Below, piece after piece: positions 1 to 13,709 of a DNA stretch of 64,000 nt. The DNA is taken from positions 66,464,001-66,528,000 of the forward strand of contig OX597816.1 of assembly GCA_951406725.2 (NCBI GenBank), given 5' to 3'. The stretch is from Octopus vulgaris (lineage: Eukaryota). The notes below the pieces were generated by a model. The model ran no database searches and was not told the DNA's origin. It saw only the letters and a program-made list of their open reading frames with translations. The stretch's first letter is position 1. Every line of letters starts with the position of its first letter. A program made the position numbers and the translations under genes.

Positions 1-392
1 TTTCATAAAGTCAAGAAAGAAAGAATAGAATAAAATAGAACAGTGGAATCAGTTATTAATAGAAACTGTATTCTGGCATTCTGAAAATGAAGCAGTGGGT
101 GGTAGCTCAGTTTAAAAGTAGTCCAAGAAAACAAAAACAATGACAAAGAAGATTAAAAAGAAAATGGACAACCTTTCTTGTATTCAGAATGTGTGTGGTG
201 GGGAGATGATGTGCATATATCTATTTTGTCTAATGCCCTTCTATGAATTTTATACGTAAATCACACACACGCAGTGGTCTAAAAGCCTTCATAAAGGCAA
301 CAAGGGTTTAATGTCAAATCAAATTTAATGAACCATATGCCAATGACTAGAATTATTTTTAAATCAAAGCTTGTCTTCTCATTATTTACAAT

Positions 393-628
393 AAGGCAGT
401 AAGCTTGCAGAAATGTTAGCACGCTGGGCGAAATATGTAGCATTATTTTGTCTATTGTTACGTTCCGAGTTCAAATTCCGCCAAGGTCGACTTTGCCTTT
501 CATCATTTCGGGGTCGATAAATTAAATACCAGTTATGCACTCGGGTTGATATAATCGACCAATCCCTTTGTCTGTCCTTGTTTGTCCCCTCTATGTTTAG
601 CCCCTTGTAGGTAGTAAAGAAAAAAGAA
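393..628 (+). mobile_element. SINE family B (tRNA-like head, Nin-type central domain)
   Basis: Head with B-box-like gagttcaaattcc, central gcctttcatc..ggggtcgataaa motif, tail gccccttgtaggtagtaaagaaa; many homologous copies in the window. Confidence 0.8.
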
Positions 629-1061
629 TATTTACAATAAGTGTTTACGAAAAGTTAGATGGATGTGTGAGCAAATGGATGGCTGGATGGGCAAATAAGT
701 GGATGAGTGTATGGATGGGTTAGTGTTTGCATGCACATCCACACTATACTCAATGAACTTAAGTGAGTGCAGATTCATCCATTTGGAGTTTTCATTATAA
801 AAAAAAGGGGGGGGGTTACACTGCTTGCACACAAACATGTACACTCTCACATACACACTATGATGCAGAAGACACAATCATAATGTTAACAGGTCCACTT
901 CATAATTATATGGTTTTGTATTCAATCCCACTTTGTAGCAACCAGAGCAACTGACTTTTGCTTAGGCTTCTTGAAACATCTGAAGCATTGTGAAAGAAGC
1001 TTGAGAGACGGAGAAGCACAGAAGCTAATTGGATACATAAATACATATAAATATACATAAA

Positions 1062-1096
<35 letters not shown>

Positions 1097-1098
<2 letters not shown>

Positions 1099-1598
1099 TT
1101 TATTCTTTTATTTGTTTCAAGTCACTTGACTGCGGCCATGCTGGAGCACCACCTTTAGTCGAGCGAATCGATCCCAGGACTTATTCTTCATAAGCCTAGT
1201 ACTTATTCTATCGGTCTCTTTTTGCCAAACCGCTAAGTTACGGGGACGTAAACACACCACCATCGGTTGTCAAGCGATGTTGGGGGGGTCAAACACATAC
1301 ACAAACATATACACACACATACATATATAATTTAGTTTCAGATGAATATCGCACTTAAGTTGAAGCACAAGAATTTAGTACAGTATTATCCATACAATTT
1401 CAAAATAAGGTGATTAAAATCACATTTTAAATTGATGTAATGAAATGATTGCATTGTTCAATGAAATGGAGTTGCATGAAACGATCATACTGCATTACCT
1501 CTGGATATCCTTGTTGCTTATTTTGATTTTATATATATATACACGACAGGCTTCTTTCAGTTTCTGTCTACCAAATCCACTCACAAGGCTTTGGTCAG

Positions 1599-1600
<2 letters not shown>
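1097..1600 (-). mobile_element. SINE family A, interrupted in its central microsatellite by a Penelope-like insert
   Basis: Matches the full copy at 20868-21250; foreign sequence at about 1329-1530. Confidence 0.75.
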
Positions 1601-1653
<53 letters not shown>

Positions 1654-1989
1654 GATGGCAGAATCAATAGAGCATCAAACAAATCACCTTGTAGTATTTG
1701 GATATATTTCTTTCCTTTATGTTCCAAGCTGAAGTATCACTATGGCTGACTTATCCTTTCTGCCATCCAGAGTCAACAAATTAAGTGCCAGACCAAGTCC
1801 TGGAGTTGATATAATTGAGTAAAACCCTTGAAGAAAGTGTCCTAGCATGGCCACAGTCTAAATTTTAGTTCTTTCATAGGTTTCAGTCGCAGACTAAAAG
1901 AATACGCTCTCTCTCATACACACATTTTATACACAGGCACACAAACAGTCCAACCGATGCCAGCATGGAAAACAGATGTTAAATGATGG

Positions 1990-2027
<38 letters not shown>

Positions 2028-2299
2028 AAGTGTATGGTTAAATGAAGAGTAGCTGGCCAAAATTTTTTAATTAGTCACCCCACATCTTGATATGGCTGGT
2101 TTAAAAGCACTTAAACTAGCCATATCTGGCCTAAATATTCTACCTGTTTCATGTTCAAACTGACCACATCTCACCTCTCAATCAACCCTACAACATTATT
2201 CTAAAATTTAAACAATTATCTCTTCACAATCTGAAAGCTACATGATAATGCATGGTTAATACAAAACAGTGAGAATAAATAAGCATCACTTCTGACAAG

Positions 2300-2910
2300 G
2301 TAAAGAGCCTTTTGGTCATGAATGACCACAAGATTACAACTAGAAAGTTCCTCTCCAAGGCACAAGTTTGGGCAATGTTGTTTATGGAAGACCAGCAGTC
2401 ACCCATGCATACCAGCCTTCCCTATCACTCCACTGATGTTAGCCAAGGGAAAGGCAAAGGATGATACAGCTAGGCACTAGTGATGTTGCAACTCATTTCA
2501 ACAGCTGAGTGAACTGGAGCAATATGAAAGTGTCATGCTCAAGAACACAACACACAACCCAGCTTGAGAATTGAACTCACTACCTCATGACTGTGAGCCC
2601 AATGTTCCAACCACTGAGCCATGTATCTTCACCAGGCTGTATGTTGTGTTCTTGAGCAAGACACTTTATTTCACATTGCTCCAGTTCAACCAGCTGTAGA
2701 AATGGGTTGTAACATCACTGGTGCCAAGCTGTATCAATTGGTCTTTGCCTTTCCCTTGGATAACATTGGTGCCACAGAGAAGAGAGGCTGGTATGCATGG
2801 GCAACTACTAGTCTTCCATAAAAATAACCTTGCCCGGACTTGTGCTTCAGAGGGAACTTTCTAGGTGCAATCCCATAGTAATTCGTGATAGAAGGGGGTC
2901 CTTACCTTTT
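2300..2910. mobile_element. Head-to-head inverted pair of SINE family D, nested in a decayed piggyBac-like MITE (about 2100-2946)
   Basis: 2300-2630 is the reverse complement of 2633-2910; both match 57972-58306; host element ends aatgctgaagggttaa. Confidence 0.7.
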
Positions 2911-4730
2911 AGTTTTGAGAGTATAATGTGAATGCTGAAGGGTTAACAAACATACTCTACTATAAAATATTGGGTAATTCTTTGGTTTAATGTTAAATGG
3001 TTTTATGCATAACTTGACATAAAAACAATTTATATATATTACATGCACACATACACACAGTGTACTTAAGTTGGTATTTAGTATTGATTTGTAATTAAAG
3101 GCCAGGCAGGCTAGTAGGACATTTATTTATATTTGAGTATGTGTGTAAAAGTACATAATCATATTTTGATGCAATCAAATGGGTGCAAGCATGTGCCAGT
3201 GCATGCACACACACACACACTGCTTGATGACAAAGAAGCAGAATCCTCTTTTATATTTACAAATATCAAATCTAATGAAAAGGAAACTATGGACAAAATC
3301 ATCATCATATCTTATTTTCCACACAAAGAGCTTGACTTGTACTCAATACTGAATTGTTTTTTACACTGTAAGAAAATTTAAGAAATTATGGGTGTCTATC
3401 ATATACTTGATCTTCAGTCAATCTTTGTCATAACTGTATTTGCAGTAAACCCTATCAAAGTTGTCCCAATCACATTACTAAATCACTTCCATTCCCTGTC
3501 CATGTTTCACTGCTACCTAACAACATACATATGTAGCATTTAGTTTGACTTTCCCTCAGAGAGAAACTCTTATCTTTTTCACATTTCAGTGTGACCATGC
3601 TGGGACACCAGTTTTAAGGGTCTAGTCCAACAAATCGACCACAGTACTTTTTTTTTTTGTTTTTGAAGTCTGATACTTTATCGATCCCCTTCAATTTTAA
3701 ACTACTCATAAATTTAAACTGTTTTTTATAAAACAACCACAACCTTTTTATTTATTAATATGGTGTTTTGTCCACAACAAAAGATTCTCACATAAATGGA
3801 TTTTTTGTCTCATAAACAACTCTAAACATAGGTACCATCTGAACTACAAAGTTATTTTATTTTTGTTTAAATACCACCATATAAAATCAATTGTTAGTTA
3901 ATATTATATCATATAGCTTACCAAATGATTGCTGGTGTCAAAATGGCAGAGGATATCCAGCTTGCTACACAACTGAATGTTAGTCTATATGTACTGTCAA
4001 TCATGATTATCTAATTTTCTTCTTAGCTAGTGTTATTTCATATGAAATAAGTACTGCTTATAATGCATTTGCTACCTTAGAAAATACTTCCTAATAATTC
4101 TAGGAAGTAATTTGGGAAAAAAATATGTCTGTTGTTCATTTTATAGGGCACTGTTATATCTGAAGCACTACTTGCCACCCCAAACCCTGACCTTGCATTT
4201 ATAAGAAACAGGCAGGTTTTCTGGGGATTTTTTTTTGCTTTTGTTTTTAAATATGCATCTTAAAAGCCACCAAATATGATATATTTATTACCTAGATAAC
4301 AACATAACTATTACATAAACAGAGTAGTCCTACATCTTAAATACATTCCTTCTCTTTCAGCCAGCTATTTACTTATACACAAGGGTTTACCTAGCAAGTA
4401 TTACACTGTACCCATTGTGTACCCACTGACTACAGAGTATCACATTTCTGTCTCCTCCCTTCTCCTGCATACTAAGCATGGCAGCTCACTTTTCAAAAAC
4501 CCATCTTTTGTGATTCTTGATACTAATTAGTGGTTCTAATTATAGCAATGTTCATATTTCCATCTATTTTGATTCAATACTACTCTATCAGGCTTCTAAG
4601 TTCAACAGTTTTTTCAGCAAATGAGAATGAGGTTGTCAGTATACACAAATTCCCTTGAAAATCAGGTTCTCTTAAGAGCAAGACGATAGTGGTTCAGTGA
4701 CTAACCAGCAAGATACATGTGGATAACAGT

Positions 4731-5080
4731 TATAATAATAATAATAATATAATAATAATAATGAAATTATTGTATACAGTGCTCAGGTGCACCACAACTT
4801 GTCAAAAAGTGCGCATAAAGTATATGCAGTAATGTACAAATGTCTGGAAAGTGAACAGTGTATGAGTCAGATACATGCTTGCGTGTGTATGGAGGGGAGA
4901 AAATCAGATGTAGTGTTGGCGAATCTCAGGAAGCATGGAAGTTTTGAAGGATGCAGTGCTCCGACAACTAACAACTGATGCCGGCAGTCTGTTCCATGCT
5001 TCAGCAACTCTTAGCGTGAAAAAATGTTTCCAAAAGTCATGGAAGCTGTGCTGTTTTCTGACTTTGTAAACATGTCCAGA
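4731..5080 (-). mobile_element. CR1/L2-group LINE 3' end with (ATT)n tail
   Basis: ORF 4904-5104 contains FFTLRVAEAWNRLPASVVSCRSTASFK, the typical CR1/L2 ORF2 C-terminus, followed by a short UTR and (TAA)n at 4731-4762. Confidence 0.75.
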
Positions 5081-5699
5081 ATAACTGATAATATAGGAAA
5101 ACACAAAAGTCTGATGAAATTAGTGGTTTGTGTAGACAAAAATTTCTCTATAAATTTGGGATTTTGTGCTTGTTTCAGAAAGAATGACTTGTCTATTTTG
5201 GTAATGTTTGTAAGTTAATCTATAATATGGAAGAAGTGGCCCAAACATTTAAGACCATCTTAGATTAAGGCATTAAAGTAAATTGGTGAGACTAAAACAG
5301 TTAACATTAACTTTGAAAAGCTCTAGGTATCGGTTAAGAAGTTAATACTGGGTAGTGACAGTTTTAAGAGGAGGCATTGGATAAAGTGCTACAATGGAAA
5401 GAAATAGAGACATACAGTTGATGAGTGGCAGAGAAAAGGAGGCAAAATAAGTTGATAGGTTTTAAGTAGCAGTTAGACAGAATTATCATGTTTATATGGT
5501 ATTGTCATTAGAGACAGAACTGGTAGAGAAAAGATATAACAAAATGGTGGATCAGTGTTTTGATTCATTTTTATTGAACACAGTTACCCCAGATGTGTGG
5601 AAAGATATCTGCTACAAAGACCATGTTTGGGACTTGTAAAGGATTTAGCAGCTACCAAAAGTTGAAAGAGAGACCATTTTACATTGGGTTGGTATTTAT

Positions 5700-6085
5700 C
5701 AAGTGCTAGTAGGGTGCCAAGAGCACTATCCGAGCGTGATCATTGCCAGAGGAGCCAACTGGCTTCCGTGCCAGTGGGCACGTAAAAAGGGCACCATTCG
5801 AGCGTGATCGTTACCAAAATTGCCTTCTGGCACCTGTGCTGGTGGCATGTATAAAAGGATTTGAGCAAGGTCATTGCCAGTACCGCCTGACTGGCCCCTG
5901 TGCCGGTGGCACGTAAAAGCACCCACTACACTCTCGGAGTGGTTGGCGTTAGGAAGGGCATCCAGCTGTAGAAACTCTGCCAAATCAAGACTGGAGCTTG
6001 GTGCAGCCATCTGGTTCGCCAGCCCTCAGTCAAAATCATCCAACCCATGCTAGCATGGAAAGTAGACGTTAAACGATGATGTGAT
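5700..6085 (+). mobile_element. RTE-derived non-autonomous repeat, 3' module ending (GAT)n
   Basis: gtggttggcgttaggaagggcatccagctgtagaaa...gacgttaaacgatgat; other copies near 12308-12690(-), 33380-33560(+), 50517-50715(-), 56855-57450(+). Confidence 0.7.
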
Positions 6086-7104
6086 TTTCAGACAGAGTGC
6101 TTTCTTGTGGATATAGAGCAAAATGTGTTTGTGTCTGAGAGAGAGAAAGAGAGAGACAATAAAGTGCATAAACAATATTCTAATGTATAAACAGTATTCT
6201 AATGTAACCTTTACAGCAGAAATGAAATATTCTATGCAGAGTAGTGAACTAAATATTTTCAGCTAAGTACACTGTTGAAATGGTAAGAAAAAAAATGAGT
6301 CCCAGATTTCTTTGATACAAAAATGGAAACATTTCAGTAGCATCCTCTTCCATTCCAATATCTCAAAGGTTAGGAAGAGTTATAATAAACAGACAGCATG
6401 CCACAATTGTAGAATGCAACCTGCTCTATAGTAACCAACAATGCAACAGTTAATGTAACAACTTAAATCAATTTTCTTTATATATTATATGCAACGTTGT
6501 AAAGAAAATAAATGAAACCATATCCATTAGGCTCTAGGGATTAAAAAGACGAGAGAGAAAGAAAAACACTAAGATACTCAGTCTTTATATTGCAACTATT
6601 ATGCAAATACCTACATAATTTTTAGATATTACTTATAGAGCTGAGAAATAAAGGTTTCTATGTACAAAGATTGTCACTTCAACAGAAAATTCAACAACTG
6701 GATTATTTGACATTAAAATGACTTGGCTATAGAGGCAATGGACTATTTCACACAAACTATTTTCTACTCATAAATATTTCAGATGACAGCTCAGAAATAG
6801 TACTATGTTAATTACCAGCTTGTATTACTCCATTACTAAAAACTTAGCTACTAAATAAAAAACACATTTGCTATATATTTGTCTACTTCAGTATTATTAG
6901 CTTCAAGGCATATTTACATTCACGCTTAATGTCATTACAGTGATTTTAGCCAACTATATGCCTCCAAATCCTAAACTGCATGAAATTGCCATTCCAAATG
7001 GTGTTTGGAGTTGAAAACTAGAACTAAGCACTCTTCAGTGAGAGAAACAATATTTAGCTTTAAAAAAAAAAATTCCTGTTTCTACCATATGTTTATTTTT
7101 CAGA

Positions 7105-7495
7105 GCCATCTATGGCTGTGTGGAAAAAAGCTTACTTTCCAACCACATGATTCCAGGTTCAGTCCCACTGAGTGGCACTTTGGGTAAGTGTCTTCTGTAG
7201 CCTCGAAACCAAAACTTTGTGAGTGGATACGATAGACAGAAACAGTAAGAAGCTCATCATTTATGTGTGTGCGAGTGTCTTTGTGTCTGTGTTTGTGCAC
7301 CCCACCCATTACTGCTTGACAACTGGCGTTGGTGTGTGTTTACATCGCCATAACTTAGCAGTTTGGCAAAAAAGGTCGATAGAATAAGTACCAGACATAA
7401 AAGATAAGTTCTGGAGTCAATTTGTTCAACTAGAACATTTCAAGGTACTGCTCCAGCATGGCCATAGTCGAATGACTAAAACAAGAATAAAAGAA
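7105..7495 (+). mobile_element. SINE family A (older copy)
   Basis: Homology to 20868-21250 over the full length. Confidence 0.75.
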
Positions 7496-7749
7496 TCTAT
7501 GCATGATACTTAATGTAAATGCATCATTGAAACGCAAACTTGCACTCATCTACAGATAACATCTCTTATGGACACATGTCCATAAAAGATATTGCCTATG
7601 GACAAACACTGCAATAAATTTGCCTTTCAACAATGTATTTACATGAAGATTGACATGTATATGGTCACTGGCACTATAGTGCTAGTGCATGCATCTACAG
7701 CTGCGTGCGTGCGCACATACACGCGAGTACTGTCCAAATATACGACCAA

Positions 7750-8024
7750 TCACATACAGCTAGCTGGCATTCAATTGGCGTATCAAGTTTCGGTCATTTT
7801 GATTGGGTTTTGGATAGAAAATTCACAAAAAAGTCACTTCTATTGATTTTTTTAATGGCTTTGCAAGGTGACTGGGGAAATGAAAAGATGTGCACGACCA
7901 CCCATGGACGGTTTTGAACGACCATAGAAAGTGCGAGCCCTCTAACTGAAAAATTGTGGATTTGTATAAAGGACACACACACACACACACAGACAGACAT
8001 TTTGCCGTTTATATATATATAGAT
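7750..8024 (-). mobile_element. Non-autonomous Helitron-like 5' end
   Basis: Minus strand begins a|TCTATATATATATAAACGGC followed by (TCTG)/(TG)n, typical of small Helitron derivatives. Confidence 0.5.
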
Positions 8025-8802
8025 TTCAATTTAATATTGCCTAAACTGTATATAATTTTTTCATTTTATTATCAAGCGAATTTCTCAGGATTTCTGTCTT
8101 CCTTAAATTTCTGAGCATAATGGCAGTTAATATGCGATGACACCTTTCTCTTCAGTCAAGCTCTCATCAACTTTTAAGTTCCACTTAGAATGGAAAGTGA
8201 AGGTGGAGAGAGAAGTACTACCTCCAAATGAATTTGCAAAAAGAAAAGTGACTGTGCCAAAATGGTTAGAATGAATGGTCCAATTCTAAGCATACACCTG
8301 TAGACTAGAGAGCAACAGTTGGGAGAGCACTCAAGCCTTCAGCGATCAGGGTAATCTTGGGTCTGTAGGGTTCCTTCATTGGCCCTAGTTGGAATTTCCC
8401 CTATATAAGGGAAATTGCATCATTCAGGTTATGACATACTTTATATACTATGTATCTTTTATTGAATTTCACTGCCCTTTCCATTTCTTTCTCATCTTTT
8501 ATGTAAAATTCCCACACAAACAGTTAACTGTCATTGTGATGTCCCCCTCATCTATGCCTCTGTGGCAAATAAAAAAAAAATCATTATTAATGATTTATTT
8601 ATTACTTATATACTAGCATACCTGTGTCGTCAAAAATGCCAACAGTTTTATTAATGATAGAAAATGGCACATCAATGCAATGGAAGAAACCATTGTTAAA
8701 TGTCAACAATCACATAAGTATATGTACATAGACAGAACTGAAGCACTTGGACAATCAGATATGTTTGTGACATCTAGTTTGAAAATATCATCCATGTAAT
8801 AC

Positions 8803-9020
8803 ATACAGGGGAGGGGGTGAGAAGTTCTTGGCTTTGGGTAAAAGAAGATACAAGAGAATCAGTTAATTATGATTCTATTCAACATATTTTCCCTCTCAGA
8901 TTCACATAATTATTGCAGCAGCCCTTCAATTTTTCTAAGCCCTGTAAAAGAACTTGGAAGATTGGGAATCCAGCCAAGCCTTTCACAATACCCTTAAAGC
9001 CAAGAACTTTACTGCACCCC

Positions 9021-9024
<4 letters not shown>
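8803..9024. mobile_element. Decayed mariner-derived MITE
   Basis: Imperfect TIRs agggggtgagaagttcttggcttt / aaagccaagaactttactgcacccct. Confidence 0.55.
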
Positions 9025-9060
<36 letters not shown>

Positions 9061-9149
9061 ATGCATGGCAGTGACACAGTTATCACCCAATGTCAAGACA
9101 AGGAGACAGTAAAACACACACACATATGTATAGATAACGTGTGTGTGTG

Positions 9150-10140
9150 TACCTCTACTGGCAACAAAGGGCCTTTCTCACAGAGTGCAAAGCAGATTGC
9201 TTGATGCCTGTGGGCAAACAGCTATGCTGCATGGCAGGGAAACATGAGCTATGACAGCCAAGGACATGCGTACGCATGAGAGAAGTGAAGCCAGTATGTT
9301 TCACTGGATGTGCAATGTCAGTGTGCATGTTCGACAGAGTGTAAGCATCTTGAGAGAAAAGTTAGGCATGAGAAGCATCAGGTGTGGTGTGCAAGAGGGA
9401 CAGCTGCACTGGTATGGTCATGTGATGCATATGGACGAGGACAGTTGTGTATAGAGGTACCGATCTCTAACTGTGGAGGGGACCTGTGGTAGAGGTAGAT
9501 CCAGGAAGACATAGGATGAGGCAGTGAAGCATGACTTTCAAACTTTGAAACTCACAAAGGCAATGATTAGTGACCAAGACCTTTGGTGATGTACTCTACT
9601 TAAGGGGACCCATCAAACCAAGTGTACCTGTGCTGGTGGCTTGTAAAAAAATCAATCCTGAATGTCAGGCCTCACAGAGGCAAATTAGCTGAGCAGCTTT
9701 CAAGCATCGGACCTGTCGGAGGCAATGTGGTTGAGTTGCTTTCGAACGGGCCCCACGGAGGCTAGATGGTCGAGTTCCTTTCAAGCGTTGGGCCTCATGG
9801 ATGCAAAGTGGCCAAGCACCTTTCCAGTGTTGGGCGTCACGGAGGCAACGATCAAGACTTCTGGCATTATGTTGCGCCTGAGAAGAAGACCCATCAAACC
9901 GAGCAAAGTTGCAGTCGTGGTAGATACCAGTGTCATGCAAATGGCACCTGTGCTGGTGGCACATAAAAACACCCATTACACTCTTGGAGTGGTTGGTGTT
10001 AGGAAGGGCCTCCAGCTGTAGAAAACCATGCTAAATCAGACTGTATCCTGGCACAGCCTTCCAGCATGCCAGCCCAGTCAAATCATCCAACCCATGCCAA
10101 CATGGACAATGGACGCTAAATAATGATAATGATGATGATA
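9150..10140 (+). mobile_element. RTE-clade LINE 3' fragment plus repeated 3' module and (GAT)n tail
   Basis: ORF 9251-9454 MFHWMCNVSV..LREKLGMRSI..QLHWYGHVMHMDEDS continuing to VEGTCGRGRSRKT: RTE ORF C-terminus with stops. Confidence 0.75.
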
Positions 10141-10559
10141 CATATATTAATCTTTTTACTTAGTATCAACTCACAACAATTAAAAGTAAACATCATTTTT
10201 ATCAATCCCAACTATATTTAGCTTTATGAAAAAGTCTAAGAAGTTTACATGATACTATGTCTCTTAGGATTATTAATAAAAAAAAAAGTGCAAATTTCCA
10301 ATTGATTACTAACATTGTCGGTGTCGGACACTTTTACTGATTAAGCTGAAATAAGAATTCAGAATTGACATTTGCAACAAAATTCATAAAGTCAGTTTAT
10401 AAGTATAGCTTCATTAAATGTCATCTTATTCACTAACTTTAACAGCACCTAGTGGATAAAAGACATAGTAAAGAGAAGCTATGTATGTATATGTGTGTGT
10501 GTGTGTGTGTTTGTTTTCATTTCTCATTGTGTTCAATGCTTTTTTGATGTCCTGTACCC

Positions 10560-10700
10560 ATATATGCATGTATATACACATATTATATATATATTATTTA
10601 TATATATATAAATAACATATGTATATATGCATATATAGATATACATATGTAGGTATGTAACATATGTATATATGCATATATTTATATATCATTTATGTTT

Positions 10701-10744
<44 letters not shown>

Positions 10745-11094
10745 CATATGTATATATGCATATATAGATATACATATGTAGGTATGTAACATATGTATAT
10801 ATGCATATATAGATATACATATGTAGGTATGTAACATATGTATATATGCATATATTTATATATCATTTATGTTTTATATATATATATATATATATAAATA
10901 ACATATGTATATATGCATATATAGATATACATATGTAGGTATGTAACATATGTATATATGCATATATTTATATATCATTTATGTTTTATATATATATATA
11001 TATATATATAAATAACATATGTATATATGCATATATAGATATACATATGTAGGTATGTAACATATGTATATATGCATATATTTATATATCATTT

Positions 11095-11136
<42 letters not shown>

Positions 11137-11183
11137 TATATGTAGGTATGTAACATATGTATATATGCATATATTTTATATTT

Positions 11184-11219
<36 letters not shown>

Positions 11220-11240
11220 CACACACATACATACATACTT
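10560..11240. repeat. Compound AT-rich minisatellite
   Basis: Repeated taacatatgtatatatgcatatat(agatatacatatgtaggtatg / ttatatatcatttatgtttt(ta)n) units. Confidence 0.9.
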
Positions 11241-12994
11241 ACAACAAAGGACTTCATATTTTCAACATATCAAATTAAATTAGATTTATTGATTAAATGT
11301 TAACAGAGTACTGTTTTGAAAAGGAAAAGTTTTCCAATAGAGATAGTTTATGTTACACAACAGAGATGAAAAATACACCAAGAATTCAAATAGTGTTCAG
11401 AATACTATATAAAAACAATATCACTAATAAAAAAAATGTAACAAAATGTAATTTTGTAGTATTTTCTGAGGGTCATTATGTCAATAATATATACATGCAC
11501 TGGTTTTATTCCACTTCTTTTATTATTATTAATTAACCAATTAACTAACCAATAGTTTGATTAATCTTTCATTCAATCAATCAGTCAGCTAGGTTTGTTA
11601 GAGTCCTATTGTCGCCATTTGTAACCTTACCTTGTGGCTATTTGTATTCTGTACTCCAAGTTTGCTTTGGATTTGTTTATCAGGCAGATTTGAAGCAGAG
11701 CTGGAGTAGAGAGGACATGTCATTGATGGGGTCATGAATGGCAACAAAAGGACTCTGACAAATGTGACTGATTGACTGAACGATTAATCAAGCAAGTGAT
11801 TATTTAAATCGTTAACTGGTTGTCATATAATATTCCTTTCTACTATACATACAAAGCCTGAAATTTGTGAGGTGGGGGACAGTCAATCATATTGATCCCA
11901 CTACTTGACTAGTACTTAATTTATCGACCCCTGAAAGGATGAAAGTCAAAGTCAACCTTGGTGGAATTTGAACACAGAACATACAGGCAGACGAAATGCT
12001 ACTAAGCATTTTGCCCAGCATGCTAATGATTCTGTCAGCTCACAGCCATTCATCCTTTCATGGTCGCTAAATTAAGTACCAGTTGTGTACTGGGGTCAAT
12101 CTAATCGACTGGCAACCCCCCACCAAATTTCAGACCCTGTGCCCAGAGTAGAAAAGAAACGAATAATAAAAGTGAAACAGAACCAGTGTGTTTAATTACT
12201 GACGTAAATACCCTCCTGAGATACAACAAAATGTGTTTCAACATAAGGAGTTCATATCAAGAATCTTGCAAACCAAATACAAAAATAAAGTAATTTGGAA
12301 AATTCCACATCATCATCATCATCATCATCGTTTAACGTCTGCTTTCCATGCTAGCAAGGGTTGGACGATTTGACTGAGGTATGACGAATGAGATGGCTGC
12401 ACCAGGCTCCAATCTGATCTGGCAGAGTTTCTACAGCTGGATGCCATTCCTAATGCCAACCACTCCAAGAGTGTAGTGGGTGCTTTACGTACCACTGGCA
12501 TGAGGGCCAGTCAGGCGGTACTGGCAACAGCCATGTTCAAATTGTGCTTTTTATGTGCCACCTGCACAGGAGCCAGTCCAGTGGTACTGGCAACGACCTC
12601 GCTCGGATGTTTTTTTCACATGCCACCAGCACAAGTACCAGTAAGGCGATGCAGGTAACGATCACACTCGAATGGTGCTTTTTACGTGCCACAGTTTATT
12701 TTAATTGAAACATAAGCTTCTATAAGTAATAGCAAGGAGTTTAGAAATACTTTTGAAAAGTTTACTACCATACAAGAAAACACTGGATAGTTTTGTTTTT
12801 TTAAATTAAAAATTACATTGGAAATCAAGTAAAGGTATTACATTACTAACTGTATGACCAGGATGTCAGAGCTTACTTTAGTCATTGAAATATAACCAGA
12901 CATGGTACATGAATCTCTTAATCGACCTTCCTACCTGAGAAGTACTGTTCCTACTTCTTTGTTGCAGATTTTAGACACAGATCCCACACAACCA

Positions 12995-13360
12995 TTTACT
13001 CATTTACTTGTTTCAGACATTTGACTGTGGCCATGCTGGACACCACCTTTAGTCGAGGAAATCGACCCCAGGACTTATTCTATCGGTCTCTTTTGCCAAA
13101 CTGCTAAGTTACTAGGGCATAAACATACCAGCATCAGTTGTCAAGCGATGTTGGGGGGGGGGGGGGACAAACACAACACACAAACATACACATATATATA
13201 TAAATATATACGATGGGCTTCTTTCAGTTTCCGTCTACCAAATCCACTCACAAGGCTTTGGTTGGCCCGAGGCTATAGTAGAAGACACTTGCCCAAGGTG
13301 CCATGTGACTGAACCTGGAACCATGTGGTTCGTAAGCAAGCTACTTACCACACAGCCACA
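12995..13360 (-). mobile_element. SINE family A
   Basis: Reverse-complement match to 20868-21250. Confidence 0.8.
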
Positions 13361-13612
13361 AAAAAAAAAACACACATTCAACAACACAGTTTAGATACTT
13401 AAACAGATGAAAAGGTCATAGGTGTGCTTTATAAGGGTTGACCAGTGGGATGACCCGGTAAGAGATGATAAGAACTAGTATGGCTAGACAATTTAAGCTG
13501 GGTGGGAAGAAAAAAAAAAAAAAAAAGGATTGCAAACTGATGACAAAGACATGAAGGAACAGGTAGATGAGAGAGGACAATACAAATCAGTCATAAAAAA
13601 GGGGTTTCTCAC

Positions 13613-13709
13613 CAGCCAGGAGACCAACGTAGACGCTGTCTCGGTTTAAATTTTCCACATATTCTCCAATATAGTTGTTTACTATCCATGCCGCCAGTCG
13701 GTTCAACAT
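13613..13709 (-). CDS. VPS13D: First coding exon of VPS13D (N-terminal chorein domain, bridge-like lipid transfer protein)
   Basis: Translates MLNRLAAWIVNNYIGEYVENLNRDSVYVGLLA-G, collinear with the human VPS13D start as recalled ([33 protein letters not shown]). Acceptor ttttctctgtcactcatctag ends at 13718, ATG 13709-13707, phase-1 donor G|gtgaga at 13612. Confidence 0.9.

Noticed and set aside
5700-5930. Repeat-spacer-like modules (also 9620-9970, 56855-57260) superficially resembling CRISPR
   Set aside because: Degenerate internal repeats of an RTE-derived element in a eukaryote; no constant repeat with unique spacers and no cas genes
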